In this document: positions 8,852 to 17,292 of the stretch, one piece after another
Layout: each line of letters begins with the position of its first letter
Position numbering within the stretch: the stretch's first letter is position 1
From: Mycobacterium phage prophiGD11-3
Length of the DNA stretch: 54,740 nt
Direction: 5' to 3' (one strand)
Sequence record: MW584155.1
The notes under the pieces: model-generated
What the model was told of the DNA's origin: nothing
The model's input: the letters and a program-made list of their open reading frames with translations, nothing else
Databases searched by the model: none
Position numbers and translations under genes: made by a program

Positions 8852-9228
8852 TGGCCGAAATCACCAAGGCGCCCGCCGATCTGCCGTCCACGAACGAACT
8901 CGACAAACACGACACCGGAGACGGAACCACACCCGTCGCCTACATCGGGTTATCGGCAACGAACGTCAAGATCGAGAACCCGCCCGAGCTGGAGGACAGC
9001 GGCATCCTCGTAATCCGTTGGACATGCACCGATTCGGGCAACAAGCTGATGAAGGACGGCGAGATCCGCCCGAAGCGCACCCTGACCGTCACGTCGGCGT
9101 GGTGGCCCGGCAACCGGCCGCTGCCCCAGGATCCGAACCAGGAAGCCCTGTTTGAGGACGACGTGGACGCCGCGAACAAGGCCGAAGCCGAGAACAACGA
9201 AGACGCCGAGGGCGGCACCGATGAGTAG
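8851..9228 (+). CDS. hypothetical acidic protein
   Basis: ORF; TAATG overlap. Confidence 0.5.
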   Translation: MAEITKAPADLPSTNELDKHDTGDGTTPVAYIGLSATNVKIENPPELEDSGILVIRWTCTDSGNKLMKDGEIRPKRTLTVTSAWWPGNRPLPQDPNQEALFEDDVDAANKAEAENNEDAEGGTDE

Positions 9229-9385
9229 CCGCGAACCCAGCGCGTTCAGCTTCCTTGTCCTGGGCGCGCTGCAGAAGCGGCCCATGTACGAGGGCACCGT
9301 CCCGGCCGCCGTGGTGGCCGACCGTCGCCGCCGCAACCGGGCCGCGCGCAGGTCTCGCCGCGTGAACCGGAGGGCCCGCCGATGA
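9221..9385 (+). CDS. small Arg-rich protein
   Basis: in-frame ATG, 54 aa. Confidence 0.3.
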   Translation: MSSREPSAFSFLVLGALQKRPMYEGTVPAAVVADRRRRNRAARRSRRVNRRARR

Positions 9386-9624
9386 TCCTGGTCGAGATCT
9401 ACCCGGACAGCGCAGACGAATACCGGTGGAGGGCCAAGGACGGCGCCAACGGCAAGGTGATCGCAGACAGCGGCGAGGGTTACCAGAACATCAGCGATGT
9501 CGAGCGCATGATCCAACGCGTCTTCAGCGGGGAGCCTGCTCGCCCCCCTGCGCCGGAACCGGTTCATTTGCGTATCACCTACCGCGGTATGGCTGGCCCC
9601 TCTGAAGAGGAGCAGATCCGGTGA
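9382..9624 (+). CDS. DUF1508 (YegP-like) domain protein
   Basis: YRWRAKDGANGKVIADSGEGYQNISDVERMIQRV matches the YegP repeat pattern. Confidence 0.6.
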   Translation: MILVEIYPDSADEYRWRAKDGANGKVIADSGEGYQNISDVERMIQRVFSGEPARPPAPEPVHLRITYRGMAGPSEEEQIR

Positions 9625-9935
9625 GCACCGCCCATGAACCCGGGTCCGGGGACGCGCCCGCCGAGACCGTCCCCGAACCCGGCACCACCGCAGACGAATA
9701 CACGCCCGAACAGATCGCCGCGGCCGACCAGATCCTGGCTGAAGCGAAGGATCTGTTCAACAAGATCGTCAACGATATCCGCAACGGCAAAGCCGAGCTG
9801 TCGCACTCGGCGCCGATCGATGTCTGCCTGATCGCCGCTGACCTGTTCCACCTTGCCGTGGGCCACAACCAGCTGGCCGAGGTCTGTCAAGCCCTGGCGT
9901 GGGCCGCCTACCAGACGGTCGAACGCGATGGCTGA
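9621..9935 (+). CDS. hypothetical protein (GTG start)
   Basis: GTGA overlap. Confidence 0.5.
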   Translation: MSTAHEPGSGDAPAETVPEPGTTADEYTPEQIAAADQILAEAKDLFNKIVNDIRNGKAELSHSAPIDVCLIAADLFHLAVGHNQLAEVCQALAWAAYQTVERDG

Positions 9936-10152
9936 CTTCCGGCGCGGCCCGGGCCGCCGCTTCCAGCAGCCGTCCCGCGGCTGCAACGTCGACTGGGACA
10001 AGTCCCCAGAACGGCAACTCGCGCTCACCGTGGCCTGCCGACACTGCCACGCACCCAAGGGGACCAGGTGCGTGAAGAAGAACGGAACCTTCCTGCTGAA
10101 CTTCCCCGCGCATCCATCCCGCATCGTGGACGCCAAGGCGGTGACCCCATGA
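9928..10152 (+). CDS. small Cys/His-rich (zinc-binding) protein
   Basis: CRHCHAPKGTRC motif. Confidence 0.45.
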   Translation: MADFRRGPGRRFQQPSRGCNVDWDKSPERQLALTVACRHCHAPKGTRCVKKNGTFLLNFPAHPSRIVDAKAVTP

Positions 10153-10781
10153 CGTTCCGGGTACTGGGCTTGGATCCGTCGTTGCGGCGCACCGGCATCG
10201 CGATCCTGAACGACTTCGGCGGTATCACCGCCCCGTCGGTGCTGCGGGAAATGGGGGAGGGCAGCGACGAACGCGAAAGCTACCTACAGGGGAACCGGCG
10301 GCTACGGGCGGTGTGCGCGAACACGATGCGCATCATCGACGACTACAGGTCAAAGATCGGGCCCGACAACATCGACCTCGCCGTGATCGAAGGGCACGCA
10401 TTCTCACGCAACCTGCCTTCAGTCGAAGACCGACACGGCCTGTGGCACGGCCTGGTCGGCGCGCTCGATGTCCGCAAGATCCCGATCGCGATCGTGCAAC
10501 CCAGTACCCGCGAACGATTCATCACCGGCAAGGCCAGCACGGGCCCTACTGCACTGCCACACGATGAACGCAAACAGGTGGTGCTGGCCGAGATACGGAA
10601 GCTGTTCCCGCAGAACAGGATCGCCAACGACGACATCGCAGACGCGGTCGGCTTGGCACTCATGGGAGCAATCCACCTCCAGATGACGATGCCCTTCCGC
10701 CTTCGACGCTGCCACGTCGAAGGCGTCCACACCGTCAACTGGCCAGCCCTGACACAACCACAGTCCACAGCAAGGAGATAA
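10149..10781 (+). CDS. ruvC: RuvC-like Holliday junction resolvase
   Basis: N-terminal VLGLDPSLRRTGIAIL (catalytic Asp motif), ...AVIEGHAF... Confidence 0.75.
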   Translation: MTFRVLGLDPSLRRTGIAILNDFGGITAPSVLREMGEGSDERESYLQGNRRLRAVCANTMRIIDDYRSKIGPDNIDLAVIEGHAFSRNLPSVEDRHGLWHGLVGALDVRKIPIAIVQPSTRERFITGKASTGPTALPHDERKQVVLAEIRKLFPQNRIANDDIADAVGLALMGAIHLQMTMPFRLRRCHVEGVHTVNWPALTQPQSTARR

Positions 10782-10783
10782 CA

Positions 10784-11326
10784 ATGACCACCGCGCCCCC
10801 AACGAATAAGCACTGGTTCCGCAAGCTGATCCACGGCCAGCCCCACCAGATCATCGGCGGAAACGACGACCCGTACCTGTTGCGCTGGTACCTGATCCCG
10901 CGTAACCCCGTCCTGAACATCTACCTGCACCAGTTCCTGCGCAGCGACGACGACCGCGCCCTGCACGATCACCCGTGGTGGTTCTGGTCGATGGTGCTGT
11001 TGGGCCACTACTACGAGCACCGCGCAGACGGCCGCCGAATCAAACGGCACGCCGGATCGATCGCCTATCGGCGCGCCGAGACCCGGCACCGCGTCGAGCT
11101 ACCCACCTCCAATGACCCGTTCTCACTGCTGAGCCGAGAGGACTCATGCGTCACCCTCGTCATCACCGGCCCGCGCGTCCGCGTGTGGGGATTCTGGTGC
11201 AAGGACCGGTTCGGGGAGACGCGTTCTCGGCAGTACGAGGTCGAGCGATTCGTGCCGTACTACGACTGGCACGACGGCGGATGCGGCGAACCCATCGAGC
11301 AGGGGCGGGTGCGCGCCGATGACTAG
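10784..11326 (+). CDS. hypothetical protein
   Basis: strong RBS aaggaga 7 nt upstream. Confidence 0.6.
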   Translation: MTTAPPTNKHWFRKLIHGQPHQIIGGNDDPYLLRWYLIPRNPVLNIYLHQFLRSDDDRALHDHPWWFWSMVLLGHYYEHRADGRRIKRHAGSIAYRRAETRHRVELPTSNDPFSLLSREDSCVTLVITGPRVRVWGFWCKDRFGETRSRQYEVERFVPYYDWHDGGCGEPIEQGRVRADD

Positions 11327-11726
11327 CACCGCCCGAATCCTGCAGCTTGTCGCGTACGAACGGATACGGCAACAAGACAAATGGGGAGAACAAAACCACC
11401 CGAACATTGACGTCGACGACGTCCAACTGTTCCACGAGACCGTCACCAGGTTCCCAGCTCTGCCCATCCCCGAGAGTTTCATAGAGCATGTCGCATCCAG
11501 GCACAACATTCCCACTGCCAATCAGGCGCGTGACACCCTCCAGCGGCTAGCCGCAGCGGGGAAGGCCACCTGGGGGCGGATCCTCCTCGAGGAATTCGCA
11601 GAGGCAATCGAAGCCGCCGCGCTTGCCGCGATCGACAAGGGGCCCATCGAAAACCTCCGTACCGAGCTGATTCAGGTCGCGGCGGTAGCCGTGCAGTGGG
11701 CCGAAAAACTCGGCGGCACAGAATGA
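11319..11726 (+). CDS. hypothetical protein (possible MazG-like nucleotide pyrophosphohydrolase fold)
   Basis: ERIRQQDKWGEQNH motif reminiscent of MazG-like proteins; weak. Confidence 0.5.
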   Translation: MTSTARILQLVAYERIRQQDKWGEQNHPNIDVDDVQLFHETVTRFPALPIPESFIEHVASRHNIPTANQARDTLQRLAAAGKATWGRILLEEFAEAIEAAALAAIDKGPIENLRTELIQVAAVAVQWAEKLGGTE

Positions 11727-12787
11727 CCGAACTGTCTGCCCCGTTCCCGTACTTCGGCGGGAAGCGCCGCGCCGCACCGAAGATCTGGGACGCGCTCGGG
11801 GACGTCGGCGGCTACGTGGAACCGTTCGCCGGATCCGCCGCGGCCCTGTTGGCCCGCCCCCGGTTCACCGGCCGCCGCGTCGAAACCCTCAACGACTCCG
11901 ACGGCTGGCTCGTCAACACCTGGCGCGCCATACAATTCGCGCCCACCGACGTTGCCGTCCATGCGGCCGGGCCGGTGACCGAGATCGACTACCACGCCCG
12001 CCTGGCCTGGCTGCAGGACCGCCGCACCCCCGACCTCGTCGCATGGTTGGAAGGCGATCCCGAACACTACGACGCCAAAGCCGCCGGATGGTGGCTGTAC
12101 GTCATGGCCTGCGGCATAGGCGACCCGTGGAACGTCGGCCCCTGGCTGGTGGTAGACGGGCACCTCCGCAAGCAGGAACGTGCGGCAGCGCCGGGCATTA
12201 CCCGCACAGTCCCGAGCCCGATGAACGCGGGCAAGGGTGTGAACCGCGAACTACCGCACCTGGGGACAGCGGGGCAGGGCGTGAACCGGGAGCTGCCCGC
12301 GCTCGGGAACGCGGGCCAGGGCGTCAACGCCGACCACGGAGAGGCTGTCAGCGCCTACCTCGAAGCCCTGGCTGCCCGTCTGGCGCGGGTGCGGATCGTG
12401 TGCGGCGACTGGCGGCGAGTGGTGACCCCCAGCGTGATCCGGTCCACCGCGGGCAATAGCCACATCGGTGTACTGCTGGATCCGCCGTACGCCGTCAGCG
12501 GTGACCTGTACGCCACCACCAACACCGACAGCCAAGCAGCGCAAACCATTTCCGCGGCCGTCCGGCAATGGTGCCTCACCGCAGACGCCGCCTACCGGAT
12601 CGTGCTGTGCGGCTTCGACACCGAGCACGATGCGCTCCTTGAGCACGGCTGGACTGTCGACGTAGGACGCGCTGGTGGGGGCGCCGGGTACAACACCGAC
12701 GCCAAAGCCGGGCGACGGGAACGCTTGTGGTTCAGCCCGGCCTGCCTGCACGCCGACACCATGCTCGACTTCGGAGCGGGCGTATGA
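11723..12787 (+). CDS. D12-class N6-adenine DNA methyltransferase (Dam-like)
   Basis: N-terminal PFPYFGGKRR and LLDPPYAVSG (DPPY) motifs; contains an internal 42-bp tandem repeat. Confidence 0.8.
   Translation: MTELSAPFPYFGGKRRAAPKIWDALGDVGGYVEPFAGSAAALLARPRFTGRRVETLNDSDGWLVNTWRAIQFAPTDVAVHAAGPVTEIDYHARLAWLQDRRTPDLVAWLEGDPEHYDAKAAGWWLYVMACGIGDPWNVGPWLVVDGHLRKQERAAAPGITRTVPSPMNAGKGVNRELPHLGTAGQGVNRELPALGNAGQGVNADHGEAVSAYLEALAARLARVRIVCGDWRRVVTPSVIRSTAGNSHIGVLLDPPYAVSGDLYATTNTDSQAAQTISAAVRQWCLTADAAYRIVLCGFDTEHDALLEHGWTVDVGRAGGGAGYNTDAKAGRRERLWFSPACLHADTMLDFGAGV
12235..12330 (+). repeat. ~2.3 copies of an imperfect 42-bp tandem repeat encoding GVNRELP(H/A)LG(T/N)AGQ inside the methyltransferase gene
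   Basis: gggtgtgaaccgcgaactaccgcacctggggacagcggggca / gggcgtgaaccgggagctgcccgcgctcgggaacgcgggcca / gggcgtcaacgcc. Confidence 0.7.
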
Positions 12788-12966
12788 CGGCTCTACTCGG
12801 CCAGACCTACACCCCGCCCCAGTACGAATACCAGACGCTCGACAATGCCGGGCAGTGCACGCAGTGCCGCCAGAGCATCCGTGCCGGGGCCCAGGTGGTC
12901 AGCCAAGGTGACCGCAGAGTCCACGACCACTGCTACCGGCGGGCCGTCAGGGGGCGGTACTGGTGA
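12784..12966 (+). CDS. small Cys-rich protein
   Basis: CTQCRQ...HDHC; ATGA overlap. Confidence 0.4.
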   Translation: MTALLGQTYTPPQYEYQTLDNAGQCTQCRQSIRAGAQVVSQGDRRVHDHCYRRAVRGRYW

Positions 12967-13160
12967 CATCCCCCGAAGTGCTCATCGAAAGCCGGGTGCT
13001 CGCCACAGTGCCCGACCGCTGCCACAACCCGCGGTGCGGCATGCCGATCCTGTGCGGCGACATCGTGATGGTTCGACGCCTGCGGGATCACCGCCGCCTC
13101 ACCGGTGAACGCACCGAAATCCTGTGCGAGAACTGCCAATGCGGATGGAAAGAACCATGA
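12963..13160 (+). CDS. small Cys-rich (Zn-finger-like) protein
   Basis: CHNPRCGMPILC...CENCQC. Confidence 0.4.
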   Translation: MTSPEVLIESRVLATVPDRCHNPRCGMPILCGDIVMVRRLRDHRRLTGERTEILCENCQCGWKEP

Positions 13161-13306
13161 CCGACGCCGATGACCCCAAGTGTGTCTGCACGCACTACCG
13201 CAGCGTGCACGACCACCAGCCAAACCCGAAGTGCCGGGCCGGTGTATTCGGCTACCCATGCGACTGCCCCGGATTCGAGGCCGACCCGAAAGCGAACACC
13301 CAATGA
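13157..13306 (+). CDS. small Cys-rich protein
   Basis: CVCTHY...CRAG...CDCPG; ATGA overlaps. Confidence 0.35.
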   Translation: MTDADDPKCVCTHYRSVHDHQPNPKCRAGVFGYPCDCPGFEADPKANTQ

Positions 13307-13908
13307 CCGACATCGTCTTCATGGACACCGAAACCCTCGGCCTCGATATCGACGCCCCGATATGGGAATTCGCCGCAATCCGGCGCCATATCAACAGCCC
13401 TGAAGTTGCCGACGCGAGCGGCATTACGTCCACGGAACGCAGGCTTCACCTCCAGATTCACCACCATGTCGGCTCGTGGCTGACAGGCCCCGATGCGCTA
13501 CCCGAAGAGTTCGCCGCTGACTACCGTCGCCGATTTAACGCCGACACGGCATACGGCCAGACAGTGGCAGCGCGAGTGATTGCAGAGTTCCTGTCCGAGT
13601 CCCATTCCGGCCGCCCGCTCATCGTCGGCGCGGTCCCGAGTTTCGACACCGAACACATCCGGCACCAACTGCTGCGCCCCTTCGGTATACCCGACCCCTG
13701 GAACTACCACCTGATCGACATCGAAAACGTGGTCACCGGATACCTGCGCGGCCGAAACCTCCTGCCGCGGATGCCCTGGAAATCCGACCAGCTGTCGGCG
13801 GCTGTGGGTGTGGATCCCACGAATTTCGACCGCCACACCGCCCTGGGTGACGTGCTCTGGATCCGCGCCCAGTGGGACGCCGTGATGGGAGCCGATTTCC
13901 ATGGGTGA
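13303..13908 (+). CDS. DnaQ-like DEDDh 3'-5' exonuclease
   Basis: FMDTETLGL (Exo I) and HTALGDV (Exo III) motifs. Confidence 0.75.
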   Translation: MTDIVFMDTETLGLDIDAPIWEFAAIRRHINSPEVADASGITSTERRLHLQIHHHVGSWLTGPDALPEEFAADYRRRFNADTAYGQTVAARVIAEFLSESHSGRPLIVGAVPSFDTEHIRHQLLRPFGIPDPWNYHLIDIENVVTGYLRGRNLLPRMPWKSDQLSAAVGVDPTNFDRHTALGDVLWIRAQWDAVMGADFHG

Positions 13909-14878
13909 CAAGACGGGCATCGAATGGGCCGACGCCACATGGTCACCAGTGACCGGTTGCACCCGTGTCAGTGATGGATGCCTGAACTGCTACATCGAAC
14001 GATCGACACCAATTCGTATCGCAGGCCGAAGGTTTGACGGTGAAGGCATCGGGTCGAGTCTGGCGGTACAACTTCACCCGAACCGTCTGGACTGGCCAAT
14101 CCGAAAGCGTGACGGGAAGAAGATCTTCGTCTGCTCACAAGCCGACCTGTTCCACGACGACGTGCCTGACGAGTACATCGCCCGCGTGTTCGCTGTAATG
14201 GCCTTGGCTCCACAACACACATTCCAGGTGCTTACTAAGCGGCACGGTCGGATGCGGTCGCTGCTTTCCAGTGATGATTTCCGGTCGGAGGTCACGCAAA
14301 CCTTCGTTGGCTGGGCAGTCGAAGACCTCTCGCTGAAAACCGGTCATCTGGAGTCCGCTACCGGGGACTGGTGGCCGCTGCCGAACGTTTGGCTGGGCGT
14401 GAGCGCCGAGGATCAGAAGCGCGCCGACCTCCGCATCCCGGCACTGCTGGACACCCCGGCCGCCGTACGGTTCGTCAGTGCCGAGCCGCTTCTCGGGCCG
14501 ATCGACCTACATGGTGACCCGATCGGGAAAGACTCGGTTTTCTGGATCGGGCATCTGGACTGGGTGATCGTCGGCGGCGAATCCGGTCCGGGCGCAAGGC
14601 CGATGCATCCAGACTGGGCGCGCTCGATGCGCGATCAGTGCGTAGCCGCTGGCGTGCCGTTCCTGTTCAAGCAGTGGGGCGAGTGGTCGCCAGACCTGAG
14701 CCTGAATGAGCCTGTCGCCAATGGCAAGCGGCTCAAGTATCAGCGGCGGGCACTGCTCCCCGACGGTTCCATAGCGCCGCCTTGGACGCCATGTGAGTTC
14801 GTCGACCGCGTGGGCAAGAAGCGGGCCGGGCGTGAGCTGGACGGGCGCACCTGGGACCAATACCCAGAGGTGGCGTGA
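13901..14878 (+). CDS. phage Gp37/Gp68-family protein (DUF5131)
   Basis: IEWADATWSPVTGCTRVSDGCLNCY... N-terminus characteristic of this family. Confidence 0.7.
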   Translation: MGDKTGIEWADATWSPVTGCTRVSDGCLNCYIERSTPIRIAGRRFDGEGIGSSLAVQLHPNRLDWPIRKRDGKKIFVCSQADLFHDDVPDEYIARVFAVMALAPQHTFQVLTKRHGRMRSLLSSDDFRSEVTQTFVGWAVEDLSLKTGHLESATGDWWPLPNVWLGVSAEDQKRADLRIPALLDTPAAVRFVSAEPLLGPIDLHGDPIGKDSVFWIGHLDWVIVGGESGPGARPMHPDWARSMRDQCVAAGVPFLFKQWGEWSPDLSLNEPVANGKRLKYQRRALLPDGSIAPPWTPCEFVDRVGKKRAGRELDGRTWDQYPEVA

Positions 14879-16014
14879 TGCCTGCGCCTGCTATCCGGGT
14901 GCTGTCCCTCGGCGCTGGTGTCCAGTCGACGGTGTTGGCGCTCATGGCGTGCGACGGCACGCTGCCTGGTCTGGACGCGGCGGTGTTCGCCGATACCGGC
15001 TGGGAGCCACCTGCGGTCTATGAGCAGGTGGACCGGCTCGCCGCCGAGCTTGCCCGCGTTGATATCCCGCTGTACCGGGTTTCGTCGGGGAACCTGCGCG
15101 CCGACACCCTCGACCCGGAAGCGCGATTCGTTTCGGTGCCATGGTTCACATTGGCGCCCAAGGCTACCGAGGTGCCTGTTTATGGCGTATGCGCACCCTG
15201 CGGCGGCTCCGGTCGTGGACCATCTGACGAGCCTGATTCATGTTCGGTGTGCGGTGGCGACGGCCGTGGGTCGATTGTGGGCACCAGGCTAGCCACTGCC
15301 ACTGAACGGCTCGGCATGGGCCGTCGCCAGTGCACCAGCGAGTACAAGCTCAAGCCGATCAAGGTCAAGGTGCGCGAGCTGCTGGGCTACCCGCATCCGA
15401 CACCGGTGCCGCGTGATGTGTTCGCCGAGCAGTGGATCGGATTCAGTACTGACGAGATTCACCGGGTGCGTGACCGGCTGGATGTGAACTACTCCCGGCC
15501 GCGTTACCCACTGCTGGATCTGGGCATGTCCCGCAAGGACTGCCAGCGCTGGCTGGAGCGCGCCGGGTGGGGCCATACCGCCAAGAGTGCGTGCATCGGC
15601 TGCCCGTTCCACGGCAATGCCCAGTGGCGGCACATGTACGAGCGGCGCGACATCTGCGCGACGTGCGGCCATTCCCGCGGCGACCATTGGCGCGGTTTCG
15701 ATGAACCGAAGGCATGCGCGCATCTGTACAACCGGGACCAGCCCGAAGAGATCGCCGATCTGTGCATGTGTAAGCGGTTCCACTCCCTCTGGGACGACGC
15801 GGTCGATTTCGACCGCCGCATCCGCAAGGGCGGCGCCTCGGCCAACCCACTCGACGGCGAGGCGTTCTTGCACCGCTCACGAGTTCCGTTGGACCTGGCG
15901 CCAATCGGCCGCGTGACACGTGCCGAGTACGCCGACATGCAGCTCGACCTATTCGAGGACGGCGACCCGGACGGCTGCTCACCCTACGGCTGCCGCAGCG
16001 GGGAGGTGGCGTGA
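14875..16014 (+). CDS. PAPS-reductase-like / PP-loop ATP-pyrophosphatase-family protein with a Cys-rich insertion
   Basis: N-terminal LSLGAGVQSTVLALM PP-loop-like; insertion CAPCGGSG...CSVCGGDG; many C-terminal Cys/His. Confidence 0.65.
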   Translation: MMPAPAIRVLSLGAGVQSTVLALMACDGTLPGLDAAVFADTGWEPPAVYEQVDRLAAELARVDIPLYRVSSGNLRADTLDPEARFVSVPWFTLAPKATEVPVYGVCAPCGGSGRGPSDEPDSCSVCGGDGRGSIVGTRLATATERLGMGRRQCTSEYKLKPIKVKVRELLGYPHPTPVPRDVFAEQWIGFSTDEIHRVRDRLDVNYSRPRYPLLDLGMSRKDCQRWLERAGWGHTAKSACIGCPFHGNAQWRHMYERRDICATCGHSRGDHWRGFDEPKACAHLYNRDQPEEIADLCMCKRFHSLWDDAVDFDRRIRKGGASANPLDGEAFLHRSRVPLDLAPIGRVTRAEYADMQLDLFEDGDPDGCSPYGCRSGEVA

Positions 16015-16355
16015 TGCCTGAGCGCATTCAGCGCAAGCGTACCGCGGGCTGGCGGATGCCCGAGGGGGCTATCTACGTCGGGCGGCCGAGCCAGTGGGGT
16101 AACCCGTACGTTGCGGGTCCTGGTCGACCACGAATGCCATGGCTGCCAGAGGGGACCGTTCTGACCGTTGAGCAGACCGTCGCATGCTATGCCGACATGG
16201 TTCGTGGCGGTGGTCCGAACATCAACGGCGACAAGTGGCTTACATCGCAAGTCGGCGTGATCCGCTACCTCCTAGCCGGTCGCGACCTGGCGTGCTGGTG
16301 CCCGCTCGATCAGCCCTGCCACGCCGACGTTCTACTGGAGATTGCCAATGGCTAA
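16011..16355 (+). CDS. DUF4326-family protein
   Basis: ...YVGRPSQWGNPY...ACWCPLDQPCHADVLLEIAN pattern. Confidence 0.6.
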   Translation: MMPERIQRKRTAGWRMPEGAIYVGRPSQWGNPYVAGPGRPRMPWLPEGTVLTVEQTVACYADMVRGGGPNINGDKWLTSQVGVIRYLLAGRDLACWCPLDQPCHADVLLEIANG

Positions 16356-17292
16356 TGTCACCAACACATCTGAGCTGCTGGCGTTGCTGCGGCGCCACTA
16401 CATCAAACCCGGACTGGATCTGCCGGGTGGTGTGTTCGTACCGGAGGTTGGCGGTAACGGATCTTGGGGTGCCAGCGCGCGCGCCGACGCCATCTATGTC
16501 GGGTTCACCACCAGCAGCGGCAGGATCCTCGTCGGGCACGAACTGAAAATCAGCCGCGCCGACTGGCTCAACGAGCTGAACAAGCCCGGCAAGGCCGATC
16601 AGTGGGCCGACCAATGCCACGCCTGGTACCTCGTCGTCAACGACCCCGCGATCGTGAAAACCGGCGAGCTACCGGCCGGTTGGGGACTGATGTCACCGGG
16701 CCCAAGCCGCACCCGCATGGACATCCACACGCCCGCAGCCGTCAAGCCCGACCACACCCCTTCATGGGACGCCGTACGTTCCGTCATGGCCCGCATAGAC
16801 ACCCTGCGCGCCAACGAGGTTGCCGCAGCCGTTGAGTCGCGCGACCAAGCAAGGCGCCGGAAGTACCACAAGGATGTAAACGAGGCGGTCGAGCTGCGTA
16901 TGAAGACCATGCCCGAAACCGGAGAGGCGGCAAGACGCCTCAAGCTCATCGAGGACGCCATCGGCGCCCCAATCGATTGGAGCGACAACGTCTGGTCGCC
17001 GGACCGCACGGTCGACCCGGAGCTGCTGGGACGTATCGGCAAGGCCGCGTTGGCCCTTGGCGGCATCGAATCGGCTATCCGTCAGCTCGGTAGGGGTTAC
17101 AACAGCACGAAGGAAGTACGACGACTCATCGACGAATACGACGCCAAGCTCGCCGAGTTCCTGGCCCCCGCCAAGGCCGTGTGCGCGTGGTGCCCAACAG
17201 CCGCGGGCGGGACTGCCGAGCACAACGACGGCACTCGTTACCCGTCATGCGGGAACACAGGGCACGGCATGAACTGGGAGGTGTCCGAGTAG
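16348..17292 (+). CDS. MmcB-like DNA-repair-family protein (ORF opens at TTG 16342; ATG at 16348 preferred)
   Basis: N-terminal ELLALLRRHY..GGVFVPEV...ADAIYVGFT..GHELKISRADW resembles the MmcB family. Confidence 0.55.
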   Translation: MANVTNTSELLALLRRHYIKPGLDLPGGVFVPEVGGNGSWGASARADAIYVGFTTSSGRILVGHELKISRADWLNELNKPGKADQWADQCHAWYLVVNDPAIVKTGELPAGWGLMSPGPSRTRMDIHTPAAVKPDHTPSWDAVRSVMARIDTLRANEVAAAVESRDQARRRKYHKDVNEAVELRMKTMPETGEAARRLKLIEDAIGAPIDWSDNVWSPDRTVDPELLGRIGKAALALGGIESAIRQLGRGYNSTKEVRRLIDEYDAKLAEFLAPAKAVCAWCPTAAGGTAEHNDGTRYPSCGNTGHGMNWEVSE

